Shown here one piece after another: positions 1-7,602 of a stretch of 45,470 nucleotides of DNA (the stretch's first letter is position 1; each line of letters starts with the position of its first letter). The notes under the pieces were generated by a model. That model worked only from the letters and a program-made list of their open reading frames with translations, had not been told where the DNA came from and made no database searches. The stretch covers positions 1 to 45,470 of IMG/VR virus record IMGVR_UViG_3300019487_000009. One strand, given 5' to 3'. Source of the DNA: a virus. Position numbers and translations under genes: made by a program.

Positions 1-123
1 GGAGACTGGGATCTACGAGGCCTACCATGTTGTGATCCAGGCTCCGCCATTGGCGCCTCGCACGGCCTACGGCCAGGGCATGTTCAAGGCCTGGTGCAGG
101 GTTCAGACGGTCCCCTCCGATCC
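1..123. repeat. Terminal direct repeat, copy A; identical to 45348..45470 (overlap of a circular or circularly permuted genome)
   Basis: Base-by-base comparison of both window ends (ggagactgggatctacgagg ... cccctccgatcc). The repeat lies inside a coding sequence. Confidence 0.95.
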
Positions 124-487
124 GCCGACGTCTTCACCGCTGGTTTGCCCGGACGTGGTCAAGTTTCGATTGCACGACAAGGGCGATCGTCCGAAGGGCC
201 GGCTGGTGGATGCGACACCCATTTCCGGGCCGGACGAGGAATTCTGTGCTCGCATGGGCTTCCTGGACCCTGACGGGTCCGGGCAGTCCTTCTGTCCACT
301 TGGGCAAGAGGGTTCGCTCCAACGGTCACAGTGCGAATCCCTGAACGGACCCTACATCTGGACCCTTGACGGTGTGGTCCAGGATGATCTGGTTGACGGA
401 AACCAGTTGCAAGTCGCTTTGCATGGACTCGGAATTGCGAAAATCTGCGCCCGGAATGGCGCGTGCTCGGAGATAGAAATCCGATGA
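1..487 (+). CDS. C-terminal part of a Cys-rich lipoprotein whose gene starts at 44854 and crosses the junction (326 aa in total)
   Basis: Same phase as the frame that runs off the window end (44854 minus 45347 has the phase of ORF 32..487). The listed ORF 32..487 is only the internal-Met remnant. Stop TGA at 485-487. Confidence 0.7.
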   Translation, partial: ETGIYEAYHVVIQAPPLAPRTAYGQGMFKAWCRVQTVPSDPPTSSPLVCPDVVKFRLHDKGDRPKGRLVDATPISGPDEEFCARMGFLDPDGSGQSFCPLGQEGSLQRSQCESLNGPYIWTLDGVVQDDLVDGNQLQVALHGLGIAKICARNGACSEIEIR

Positions 488-621
488 AATTCTTGATGCT
501 GGTTCGCAAGGCTCTCGGAAAGCTTCGCGTCATCCTTGATAAGGCTCACGATCTGGGCATTATCGAGTCTAGGAAAAACGCGCCTGACGTGATCTTTGCC
601 AAAACACTAAAGGGGGAGTAG
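484..621 (+). CDS. Hypothetical small protein (45 aa)
   Basis: ATGA start/stop overlap with the lipoprotein gene. Product MKFLMLVRKALGKLRVILDKAHDLGIIESRKNAPDVIFAKTLKGE. Below the ORF-track cutoff; found by reading the gap 488-624. Confidence 0.4.
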   Translation: MKFLMLVRKALGKLRVILDKAHDLGIIESRKNAPDVIFAKTLKGE

Positions 622-624
622 ACC

Positions 625-972
625 ATGTTGCTTCGGCTCGTTCTGCTGTTCAAGTTTCTGACCAAATCCCAGAGCCTACCGGCCTCGATCGTGACGGCCA
701 TTCGTGAGGGTCGCCTGGGTGGGCGGGTAGCAAAGGCGTACGCCTTTCTGGCCGATCACTCGTTTGCTATCTCTGTGGCCCTGGTCGGGGTCTACGGGGG
801 CCTCGAGTACGCGAAGGCCTACGTTCCTAGTGCGGCCGCCTACGAGGGCTACCTACTTCAGGCGATTGGGGTCCTTGTCGCGCTCGGGCTCTTTGACTCT
901 GGCGTGAAGGTTCCCTCCCCGGCCGGGACCCAGCCATCGAAGTCGTCTACGCCTGAAGTCCTCGGGGAGTAG
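625..972 (+). CDS. Membrane protein with two predicted TM helices; holin/pinholin candidate
   Basis: SD aagggggag upstream. Hydrophobic stretches HSFAISVALVGVYGGL and GYLLQAIGVLVALGLF. Heads the cluster that ends in the endolysin. Function is positional inference only. Confidence 0.45.
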   Translation: MLLRLVLLFKFLTKSQSLPASIVTAIREGRLGGRVAKAYAFLADHSFAISVALVGVYGGLEYAKAYVPSAAAYEGYLLQAIGVLVALGLFDSGVKVPSPAGTQPSKSSTPEVLGE

Positions 973-974
973 CC

Positions 975-2183
975 ATGAAGAAGACCATCCTCTCGATCGC
1001 ACTCTTATTGGCCTGTGCCGCGGCACGGGCTGAGGAAGTGGGCCGGGGGCCTGCGTTCATCCGGTACTACCCTCCGTCTTCTGGCGGAGCCTCATTCCCG
1101 TTGCTCGCGCCCACCGGCTGCGATACTCCGCCCTACAGCTTCACTGGGGAAACCACTGACGGAATGTGCCACAGCGGGTCGCTTGTTAGGGTGGGTGAGA
1201 ACGTTACCCTGACCGGAGCGTTCTCTGTGGGCTCATTTGGCGGGGGCTCTGTCAGTCTGGATTCCAATGACGGCACTACCAGTTTCTCTGCCTTACTTGT
1301 GGATGCACTGGGCGGGTTGTCTTTGCAGTCAACAGACGGTACCAGTTTTGCCACGGGTGTGATCGATGGTGCCACTGGGAAAATCGAATTCGAGGCCGAT
1401 CCCGGGGCAGGGAACACGTATAAGGCGACACTGGGTTCTGGCTCTGACACCCTGGACTTGATAACTGCCAATTCGACCAGGCAGGCCAAGCTTCAATTTG
1501 GTGTGGTAAGTACAGAGCCAGGCTCTACTATGCAGGCGGTGTCAACATCGGCTTCCGACTCGCCAAAGCTTACTTTCACGGCAGACGATGGAACCAGCAC
1601 CAATACTGTAACGATAGACGAAGCCAAGACTGCGTTCTCCGATCCAGTCCTGATGACACCCTCTGGCAGTCGAGACGTGTGCGTGTACTGCTTTGGTGGT
1701 ACGAGCGTTGGATTGTACTTCAACGGTGGCATCGCCTATGCGGCAGGAAACATCGACCGTGACCTGATTCGCACCTCCTCAAAGACACTGTCCGAGGGCG
1801 TTGCAACGGCAGTGGTGCGTATTGAGGGAGGGGCTCAGTTGCGCGCCGGAGGCACTTTCGAGTACACGGTGCAGGCGTATGACGGCGACGACAACCAGGC
1901 AAGACATGGATCAATCAAGTTTGCCGTCACTAACAAGGCCGGCACTGAGACGTGCGCTATCACGGGTGGGGCGGTTGCGGACGAGACTGAGGATGGATCT
2001 GTTTTAGCGGCAGACTCAGGCACGCTAACCTATAACATCGACTGTGATACGACACCGACAAACGGTGTCGACTTGCGAATCAGCGCCACGTCCTCGCTCA
2101 CTCAGACTTCACTCAACGTCAGTTACAGAGTCACGCTGGACGCCGACTCGTCTGGTGCGTCCGCCAGCATCACGCCACAGTAG
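975..2183 (+). CDS. Secreted protein (402 aa), unknown function
   Basis: N-terminal signal peptide MKKTILSIALLLACAAARA; SD ggggag; Thr/Ser/Gly-rich composition. Confidence 0.6.
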   Translation: MKKTILSIALLLACAAARAEEVGRGPAFIRYYPPSSGGASFPLLAPTGCDTPPYSFTGETTDGMCHSGSLVRVGENVTLTGAFSVGSFGGGSVSLDSNDGTTSFSALLVDALGGLSLQSTDGTSFATGVIDGATGKIEFEADPGAGNTYKATLGSGSDTLDLITANSTRQAKLQFGVVSTEPGSTMQAVSTSASDSPKLTFTADDGTSTNTVTIDEAKTAFSDPVLMTPSGSRDVCVYCFGGTSVGLYFNGGIAYAAGNIDRDLIRTSSKTLSEGVATAVVRIEGGAQLRAGGTFEYTVQAYDGDDNQARHGSIKFAVTNKAGTETCAITGGAVADETEDGSVLAADSGTLTYNIDCDTTPTNGVDLRISATSSLTQTSLNVSYRVTLDADSSGASASITPQ

Positions 2184-2191
2184 GGAGAGCC

Positions 2192-2569
2192 ATGAAGAAG
2201 ACACTTTCGGTCTTGATACTGGTCGTAGCCTTCGCGGCTTCGCTTTCCGCATTGAATCGTCTTTTCCAGAGCACCGTGTCAGTCTCGGAGACCAATACCG
2301 TGATCGCTTTCACCAATAACCACAGTGGCGGTGCGAATCAGTCATTCAAACCGAGATCGCTCCTGATCCGTAGCGACAGTGCCAGCGCCAACACCTGTTA
2401 TGTGGACATTGTTGACAGTACGGCGACCACAGCAGACATTCCGCTTGCTCCGGGAGCCTCGATATCATTCGAGTACGACACCACCCTGGTCGGTGATGGC
2501 TTCGAGTCTATCGGGGCCATCTGCGACACTGGCGAAACCGCCACCTGGTACGTGACTGCCGCCAGATGA
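2192..2569 (+). CDS. Secreted small protein (125 aa), unknown function
   Basis: Signal peptide MKKTLSVLILVVAFAASLSA; SD gggagag upstream; stop overlaps the endolysin start (ATGA). Confidence 0.6.
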   Translation: MKKTLSVLILVVAFAASLSALNRLFQSTVSVSETNTVIAFTNNHSGGANQSFKPRSLLIRSDSASANTCYVDIVDSTATTADIPLAPGASISFEYDTTLVGDGFESIGAICDTGETATWYVTAAR

Positions 2570-3096
2570 CTATCCTGGCCGGGATGGTCCTGGCCGCGGC
2601 ACCCTGGATTGGATGGGCAGATGAATGGCCCGAGCCGAAGACTGGGCGACTGGAGCCGGAGTACGAAGACTTCCAGCCCTCGCCCATCCCTCTGGGGGGG
2701 CGCGTGGCGCTGCTGATCTCTCCCGCACAATGGGCGATTGCGACCATAGTTCAGGAGGCGCTCGGTGAACCCTACGAGGGGAAGGTCGCCGTGGGGGAGG
2801 TAATCCGGGCCCGGATGAAGAGGCGGTATTCTAGCGACGGAACGGTGGCTGGCACAGTGCTTAGGCCGTACCAGTTCTCCGGATGGCGCAACACCGACCC
2901 TGCACTTCAGCTTTCTGGGATGGCGGATGACGAACATCCCAAGGTGGCCGAGTGTATTCGGGCGTGGCACGAGTCGAGGGTAACGAACCTCACCGAGGGC
3001 GCAGTCCTATACCATGCAGACTATGTCGCCCCCGGCTGGTCGGAGCGAGCCACCTTCATCAAGAAGATCGGACGCCACCTTTTCTACGGGGACTAA
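2566..3096 (+). CDS. Endolysin, SleB/CwlJ-type cell wall hydrolase (Hydrolase_2-like) with hydrophobic N-terminal SAR or signal segment
   Basis: Family hallmarks recalled from memory: GEPYEGKVAVGEVIRAR, RPYQFSGW, GAVLYHADYVAPGW, KIGRHLFYG. N-terminus MTILAGMVLAAAPWIGWA is Gly/Ala-rich and uncharged. Confidence 0.8.
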   Translation: MTILAGMVLAAAPWIGWADEWPEPKTGRLEPEYEDFQPSPIPLGGRVALLISPAQWAIATIVQEALGEPYEGKVAVGEVIRARMKRRYSSDGTVAGTVLRPYQFSGWRNTDPALQLSGMADDEHPKVAECIRAWHESRVTNLTEGAVLYHADYVAPGWSERATFIKKIGRHLFYGD

Positions 3097-3097
3097 C

Positions 3098-3382
3098 ATG
3101 AGAGAAGTGTTCTCAAGGATTCCCAAGCAAACCATCGGCGTGGCCCTACTTGGCCTCGTCGGCACAGTGGGCGCCTACGTCCGTGCCGACTACTCCGCTA
3201 CCAAGATGACGGCGGAGAGCACCAAGGCCACGGTCGACACGGAGAAGATCGTCCAGTCCGAGCGATGGCAGCGGCAGGCGGAAGTCAATGTTCAAATCCT
3301 GGATGGGCTGAAGGAGCTGAACAGGAAGCAGGACAAGCTGATCCAGGAGATTGGCCGCCTACAGGGCAAGGGGGGCAAGTGA
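3098..3382 (+). CDS. Membrane-anchored coiled-coil protein (94 aa); i-spanin-like or other lysis accessory
   Basis: Internal ATG of ORF 3014..3382, 1 nt after the endolysin stop. TM segment IGVALLGLVGTVGAYV followed by a heptad-like, charged C-terminus. No embedded or adjacent lipobox ORF (o-spanin) found. Confidence 0.4.
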   Translation: MREVFSRIPKQTIGVALLGLVGTVGAYVRADYSATKMTAESTKATVDTEKIVQSERWQRQAEVNVQILDGLKELNRKQDKLIQEIGRLQGKGGK

Positions 3383-5358
3383 TCGCAGTCCTGGGCGGAT
3401 ATAAGGACCCGAAGCACGCGGAGGCCCTTCAAGACATCATACAGTGGGAGCGTTGGACCCGCGACTCCCTCTCAGAGCCGTACAGGGAGATGCTCGAGCA
3501 CTGGCGCCTGTATCTCAGCAAGCGCAAGGATCACCGCAAGACATGGGAGAAGACCTGGCGCGCCCTGACCCTCCAGCCCTACCCGTTCCTGATTGTCGAG
3601 GGCAACGCCTACGCAGTGTCTGACATCCTCAACTCAGCCGATCCTCTGGTTCAGGCCGAGGGGATTGGGGACGAGGATGTTTCGATCGCACGCAAGGTCG
3701 AGAGGTTGATGGATCTTACCCTTCGGATGAATCAGTGGAGATTGAGGACTGAGAACATCGTCCGCGAATTCACCATCCAGGGTACCGCGGCGATCAAGGT
3801 CACTTGGCGCCATGACGTGTCCAAGGTCTCAGATAGTACGCCGGACTCCGAGCGGGCATTTGAATCTACTCGTCAAGCCTTCGCAGACCTGGGAGTGGAT
3901 CTGCCGGACGATCCAGACGAATACGAGAAGGTAAGGGGGCAGGCTCAGGGGGATCTGCAAGTGGAGTTGCCCCAACATCCTGCCCGCATGTACAAGGAAG
4001 TGACCACGTTTCGTGGTCCGTCCTTCGACCGGGTCTCCATGTTCGATCTCAGGTTTGATCCCCTCGTGGAGAAGTGGTCCGATCAGCGCAGAATCATCCA
4101 ACGCATCGTCAAGACAAAGAAATGGGTTCTGGATCACACCGGGGAGGGGGCCGAGTTTCCATTCGACCCGGAGCAGGTAAAGTATTCGATTGATGCCGGA
4201 ATCAGCGACGGCAACAGCCAGGGTGGATTCAACGAGTGGCAGTTGGAAGTGGCCAACATGCTGGGCCTGGGACAGGTGGCCACAGGATACCCCAACAGGA
4301 TGGGGGAGCGCGAGCTGGTCGAGATCTTCGAGGTTTGGGATCAGGACGATGACGAGGCCCCGTACAAGGTGGTCCTGAACCGGCACGGCATCATCAACAA
4401 GGACCCGGGCGGGTCTCCCTACGGGCACGGTGAGTGCCCAGTCAGCCTGCTCCGGAACATCCCGGTCCCCGGGAGCGCCCTGGGCATGTCGTCACTGAAG
4501 GCCCCCAAGAGCCTGTTCTACGAGCTCTGGACCCTGCGAGACCTGCGGGTCGATGCCGTCACCCTGGCCACCCTGCCAGCCATGGAGAAGCTGAACGAGC
4601 TCGGCATTCCTGACGCCACCAAGGCCCTGACCCCGGGCGGGACAGTGTCGGTGCCGCGGCTGGGCGTCCTCAAAAAGATGGACGTTGGGGGCCCACACCC
4701 GGACATCTGGCGAGAGATTAGCGAGATCAAGTACGAGATCGACGACGTCACGGTGAACGCGAACGTGCGAGGCACGCCCGCCACGGTAGGTCGCGTATCG
4801 GCCTCCGAATCCGAGCGCAGATTCTCGAACGCCCTCACTAAGATCAAGGCCGCGGCGGTCAGATTCGAGGAAGAGATCCACGTACCGCTCCGTCAAGCGA
4901 TGTACCTTTGGTACCAGAATGGAGATGATGAGACCCTTCTTCGCGCTACCTCCGGGGACGAAATCCAGCGATACGGGCAGTCCATCAGCCGCGAAGAGCT
5001 CAGCCAGGCCTTGGACATGGATTTCAACTTCCGTGGTCCGAGCCGCATCGTCAACCGGGATATGCTGGTCCAGCAGCTTCTCCAGTGGTTTGGCACCTTC
5101 GGCGCGATGTTGAAGCCCTCGAAGCAGCTCAGCTTCGCCCGGCAGACCTACGAGGTAATGGGTCTGAAGAACCGTAACGACGTAATCCCGGACCAGGATA
5201 TTGAGATGGCCATGCAGGCTGAACTGATGCAGATGCAGGCCCCCGTTGCCCAGTCCGGGCAACCTCCGGCTCCGGAGCAACCTCTTGAGCCAGAGCAGCC
5301 ACAGCCACCGCAGGAGGCCCAGGTCCAGCCGGAGGGTCTCCCGCCGCAAGGGGCGTAA
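3379..5358 (+). CDS. Portal protein (659 aa) with Pro/Gln/Glu-rich C-terminal tail
   Basis: GTG at 3379 in a GTGA overlap with the upstream stop, SD aagggggg. Size and portal-like sequence character (LEHWRLYLSK..., long helical C-terminal half). The only approximately 650-aa non-repetitive virion-size protein apart from 35709..37547. Family assignment is from memory, not a search. Confidence 0.6.
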   Translation: MIAVLGGYKDPKHAEALQDIIQWERWTRDSLSEPYREMLEHWRLYLSKRKDHRKTWEKTWRALTLQPYPFLIVEGNAYAVSDILNSADPLVQAEGIGDEDVSIARKVERLMDLTLRMNQWRLRTENIVREFTIQGTAAIKVTWRHDVSKVSDSTPDSERAFESTRQAFADLGVDLPDDPDEYEKVRGQAQGDLQVELPQHPARMYKEVTTFRGPSFDRVSMFDLRFDPLVEKWSDQRRIIQRIVKTKKWVLDHTGEGAEFPFDPEQVKYSIDAGISDGNSQGGFNEWQLEVANMLGLGQVATGYPNRMGERELVEIFEVWDQDDDEAPYKVVLNRHGIINKDPGGSPYGHGECPVSLLRNIPVPGSALGMSSLKAPKSLFYELWTLRDLRVDAVTLATLPAMEKLNELGIPDATKALTPGGTVSVPRLGVLKKMDVGGPHPDIWREISEIKYEIDDVTVNANVRGTPATVGRVSASESERRFSNALTKIKAAAVRFEEEIHVPLRQAMYLWYQNGDDETLLRATSGDEIQRYGQSISREELSQALDMDFNFRGPSRIVNRDMLVQQLLQWFGTFGAMLKPSKQLSFARQTYEVMGLKNRNDVIPDQDIEMAMQAELMQMQAPVAQSGQPPAPEQPLEPEQPQPPQEAQVQPEGLPPQGA

Positions 5359-5379
5359 CTTTTCGATAAAGGAGTCAAA

Positions 5380-6447
5380 ATGTCCTACAGAGTAATCAAG
5401 GATTCAAGGGGCCAGTGGCTAGACGCCCGCGGTGACACCATTCAGGCTAGCGTTGAGAGGGCTCCGCTGGGGTCAAGGTACCTCTACACGCCAGATGGAA
5501 CCACCTACCAGCATGATGGCGCTGGCTGGGTTCTCGAGGACACCCCGGCCGTTTTGGTCGGAGACCTGATTGGCAACGTGACAGGGAACCTGACCGGGAA
5601 CGTGACCGGGGACGTTACCGGCAACCTTACCGGGGACGTAACCGGAGACGTTACTGGTGACCTGACCGGGGACGTTACTGGGGACGTTACTGGTGATGTT
5701 ACTGGTGACCTTACCGGAGACGTGACTGGAGACGTTACTGGTGACCTGACCGGAGACGTGACTGGCAACGTGACAGGGAACCTGACCGGGGACGTAACCG
5801 GAAACGTGACAGGGAACCTGACCGGCAACGTGACTGGAGACGTTACTGGAGACCTGTCCGGGAACGTGACCGGGAATGTGACTGGGAATCTATCCGGAGA
5901 CGTGACCGGGAACGTAACCGGAAATCTGTCCGGGAACGTGACTGGGAACGTGACAGGAAACCTGTCCGGAGACGTGACTGGGAACGTAACCGGGGATGTT
6001 ACCGGAGACCTGACCGGAAATGTCTCCACGCCCTCAGGCGGAAACGTTACCATCAACTCTGGAAGCGATGAGTTTTCGTACAATACCACGACAGTCACTT
6101 TCACCTTCGCTGGTGACGGAACGCTTACGGCGGCTGGTGCCTATCCTCCATACTCCGGAATCAGAATGTCCAAGATAGAGGTTCTGGTTGAGATTGCCGG
6201 AGACGACGTGGCGAACTTCGATGTTGGGCTTGGCGCCGACGACGACGCAATTACCCCGACTCAAATCGTTGGCGTGACGACCGGAGTCAAGCAAAGACTA
6301 TTCCATGGGGGCGTTGCCACAGAGACACAATCTGGTGGCGTGGCCCTGGATATCACCATCTCTTGTTACAAGAATGACGGAACAACCCCGTCCAATCCCT
6401 TAAGCGGGTCCGTCAGAATCACCCTGTTCAACCTGTCCGGAAACTAA
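5380..6447 (+). CDS. Fibre-like virion protein: short N-terminal domain, 39 tandem G-[DN]-[VL]-[TS] tetrapeptides, and a C-terminal globular domain paralogous to 34493..34984
   Basis: Strong SD aaaggag. Uninterrupted 4-residue periodicity over residues 61-216. C-terminal 110 aa align with the 163-aa product of 34493..34984. Confidence 0.75.
   Translation: MSYRVIKDSRGQWLDARGDTIQASVERAPLGSRYLYTPDGTTYQHDGAGWVLEDTPAVLVGDLIGNVTGNLTGNVTGDVTGNLTGDVTGDVTGDLTGDVTGDVTGDVTGDLTGDVTGDVTGDLTGDVTGNVTGNLTGDVTGNVTGNLTGNVTGDVTGDLSGNVTGNVTGNLSGDVTGNVTGNLSGNVTGNVTGNLSGDVTGNVTGDVTGDLTGNVSTPSGGNVTINSGSDEFSYNTTTVTFTFAGDGTLTAAGAYPPYSGIRMSKIEVLVEIAGDDVANFDVGLGADDDAITPTQIVGVTTGVKQRLFHGGVATETQSGGVALDITISCYKNDGTTPSNPLSGSVRITLFNLSGN
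5560..6027 (+). repeat. Coding tandem repeat, 39 units of 12 nt (36-nt super-period), synonymously scrambled
   Basis: Units read ggN-(g/a)ac-(g/c)tN-(a/t)cN throughout. Leu or Ile replaces Val in 13 of the 39 units, mostly at every third unit. Confidence 0.9.
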
Positions 6448-6458
6448 CAGAGGCAAGA

Positions 6459-6719
6459 ATGGCTGAGGCTAGAGAGGTAACGAACCGCCAGGGCTGGCCA
6501 GGACAACGCCTGGTGAACGTAGTCCCTAGTGACACCGACGACCTGCCCTTCGTTACGAACGGGTTCCGGGTGGGCGTCCCCGGCGACGTGGCAGTAGTCA
6601 CGATCGGGGGCGACGTGGCTATCTGGCCCAACGCCCAGATCGGGGAGATGATCCCGCTGAAGGTGACTAGGATTCTCGCCACCGGAACAGATGCCGAAGA
6701 GATCGTAGCCGTTTCATAG
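6459..6719 (+). CDS. Small virion-module protein (86 aa); resembles, from memory, the phage/GTA head-spike-base family
   Basis: Pattern VVPSDTDDLPF ... RVGVPGDVAVVT ... IPLKVTRILATGTDAEEIVAV matches my recollection of the PSDT...ATGT small-protein family. Not verified by search. Confidence 0.3.
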   Translation: MAEAREVTNRQGWPGQRLVNVVPSDTDDLPFVTNGFRVGVPGDVAVVTIGGDVAIWPNAQIGEMIPLKVTRILATGTDAEEIVAVS

Positions 6720-6732
6720 GAGGTTGAGGGAA

Positions 6733-6888
6733 ATGCCAACGAATGAAGACATCGTCCTGCGGGCGGTGGCGGTGAGCAACAGCCTCCGCGCCAGGCGCGG
6801 ACAGGAACCAATCCGGGCTCCGGAGCCCCACCGAGGGCTCTTCTATCGTGCTGTGGCCGCGGCCAAGCGCCTTTTCGGGGTGAAGTAA
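6733..6888 (+). CDS. Hypothetical small protein (51 aa)
   Basis: Strong SD taggagg then ATG 6733. Product MPTNEDIVLRAVAVSNSLRARRGQEPIRAPEPHRGLFYRAVAAAKRLFGVK. Fills the gap between 6719 and 6890. Confidence 0.45.
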   Translation: MPTNEDIVLRAVAVSNSLRARRGQEPIRAPEPHRGLFYRAVAAAKRLFGVK

Positions 6889-6889
6889 A

Positions 6890-7300
6890 ATGGCTTTTCA
6901 GCTCAACGTCGCAACCCGCAATGCGAGGCTGGACCAGTTCTATACCACGAACCTAATCACCGTCTCTCTCACCATGAGGACTGGGCCGCCGCCCGCCAAC
7001 TGCGCGACCCCTAACTCCGGCTCCCTCCTGGTGTCTATGAACCTGCCTGCCGACTGGATGGCCGCAGCCTCCGGCGGTACCAAGGCCAAGTCCGGGACAT
7101 GGTCTGGCGTGGCGACCGGAACAGGAACAGCCGGGCACTTCAGAATGTACAATTCCCAGATCACTCAGGACGAGACGACTTGCTTCGCGCAGGGTACCAT
7201 CGCAGTGGGATCAGGGGATATGTCTATCGACAATAGTTCGATCGTGTCCGGCCAGACCATCACCATTACCACCTTTACGCTGACCGAGGGTAACCCGTAA
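6890..7300 (+). CDS. Hypothetical virion-module protein (136 aa)
   Basis: Tight spacing in the structural block; Gly/Thr/Ser-rich beta-type composition. Confidence 0.6.
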   Translation: MAFQLNVATRNARLDQFYTTNLITVSLTMRTGPPPANCATPNSGSLLVSMNLPADWMAAASGGTKAKSGTWSGVATGTGTAGHFRMYNSQITQDETTCFAQGTIAVGSGDMSIDNSSIVSGQTITITTFTLTEGNP

Positions 7301-7320
7301 AAACGTGGGAGGTTGGTGCA

Positions 7321-7599
7321 ATGGCCCTGTACGAGAGACTGTCTGCCGATGACAGCACGAACATAAACACAAATTCCTTCACTGCTTGCGTTCGTCAGAT
7401 ACAGCGTGGCCTGATGAATGTCGCCGAGGCCTCTGCCGTATTAGGTCTTGACGATGCGGAATCCAAAGAGCTGGATGCGCTTCTTCCGGGCCTTTCCGCC
7501 AAAGACCACGGTTTCCTGTGGGACGTGATTTACCTGTCCAAGAGGAAGGCGGATGGTTATGCGACGGGCTCAGAGCTCGAATCCCAACTGAAAAGATAG
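7321..7599 (+). CDS. Hypothetical protein (92 aa)
   Basis: SD gggaggt upstream of ATG 7321; tight spacing to neighbours. Confidence 0.6.
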   Translation: MALYERLSADDSTNINTNSFTACVRQIQRGLMNVAEASAVLGLDDAESKELDALLPGLSAKDHGFLWDVIYLSKRKADGYATGSELESQLKR

Positions 7600-7602
7600 C
7601 AA

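Noticed and set aside
1-123. The 123-bp repeat as genuine physical direct terminal repeats (T7-like)
   Set aside because: The repeat lies within the coding sequence of a lipoprotein gene and has no flanking non-coding context. An assembly overlap of a circular or permuted genome is the simpler reading. It remains testable with reads.
3265-3378. Upstream ATG 3265 as the portal start, or an embedded Rz1-like o-spanin in this frame
   Set aside because: The 38 extra codons overlap the 3098..3382 gene, are Gly/Ala/Gln-rich and have no lipobox. GTG 3379 has an SD and a GTGA coupling.
5560-6027. The 12-nt tandem repeat as a CRISPR array, a collagen-like region or a non-coding satellite
   Set aside because: There are no spacers, and the units are contiguous and in frame within a 355-codon ORF. 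The period is 4 residues, not G-X-Y. Variation between units is almost entirely synonymous or D/N, V/L and T/S.
5505-6104. 199-aa minus-strand ORF with PVTSPVTF repeats opposite the tetrapeptide array
   Set aside because: It is the antisense shadow of the 12-nt coding repeat. It has no SD and runs against the operon direction. The + frame has a strong SD and continues into a conserved, paralogue-supported domain.
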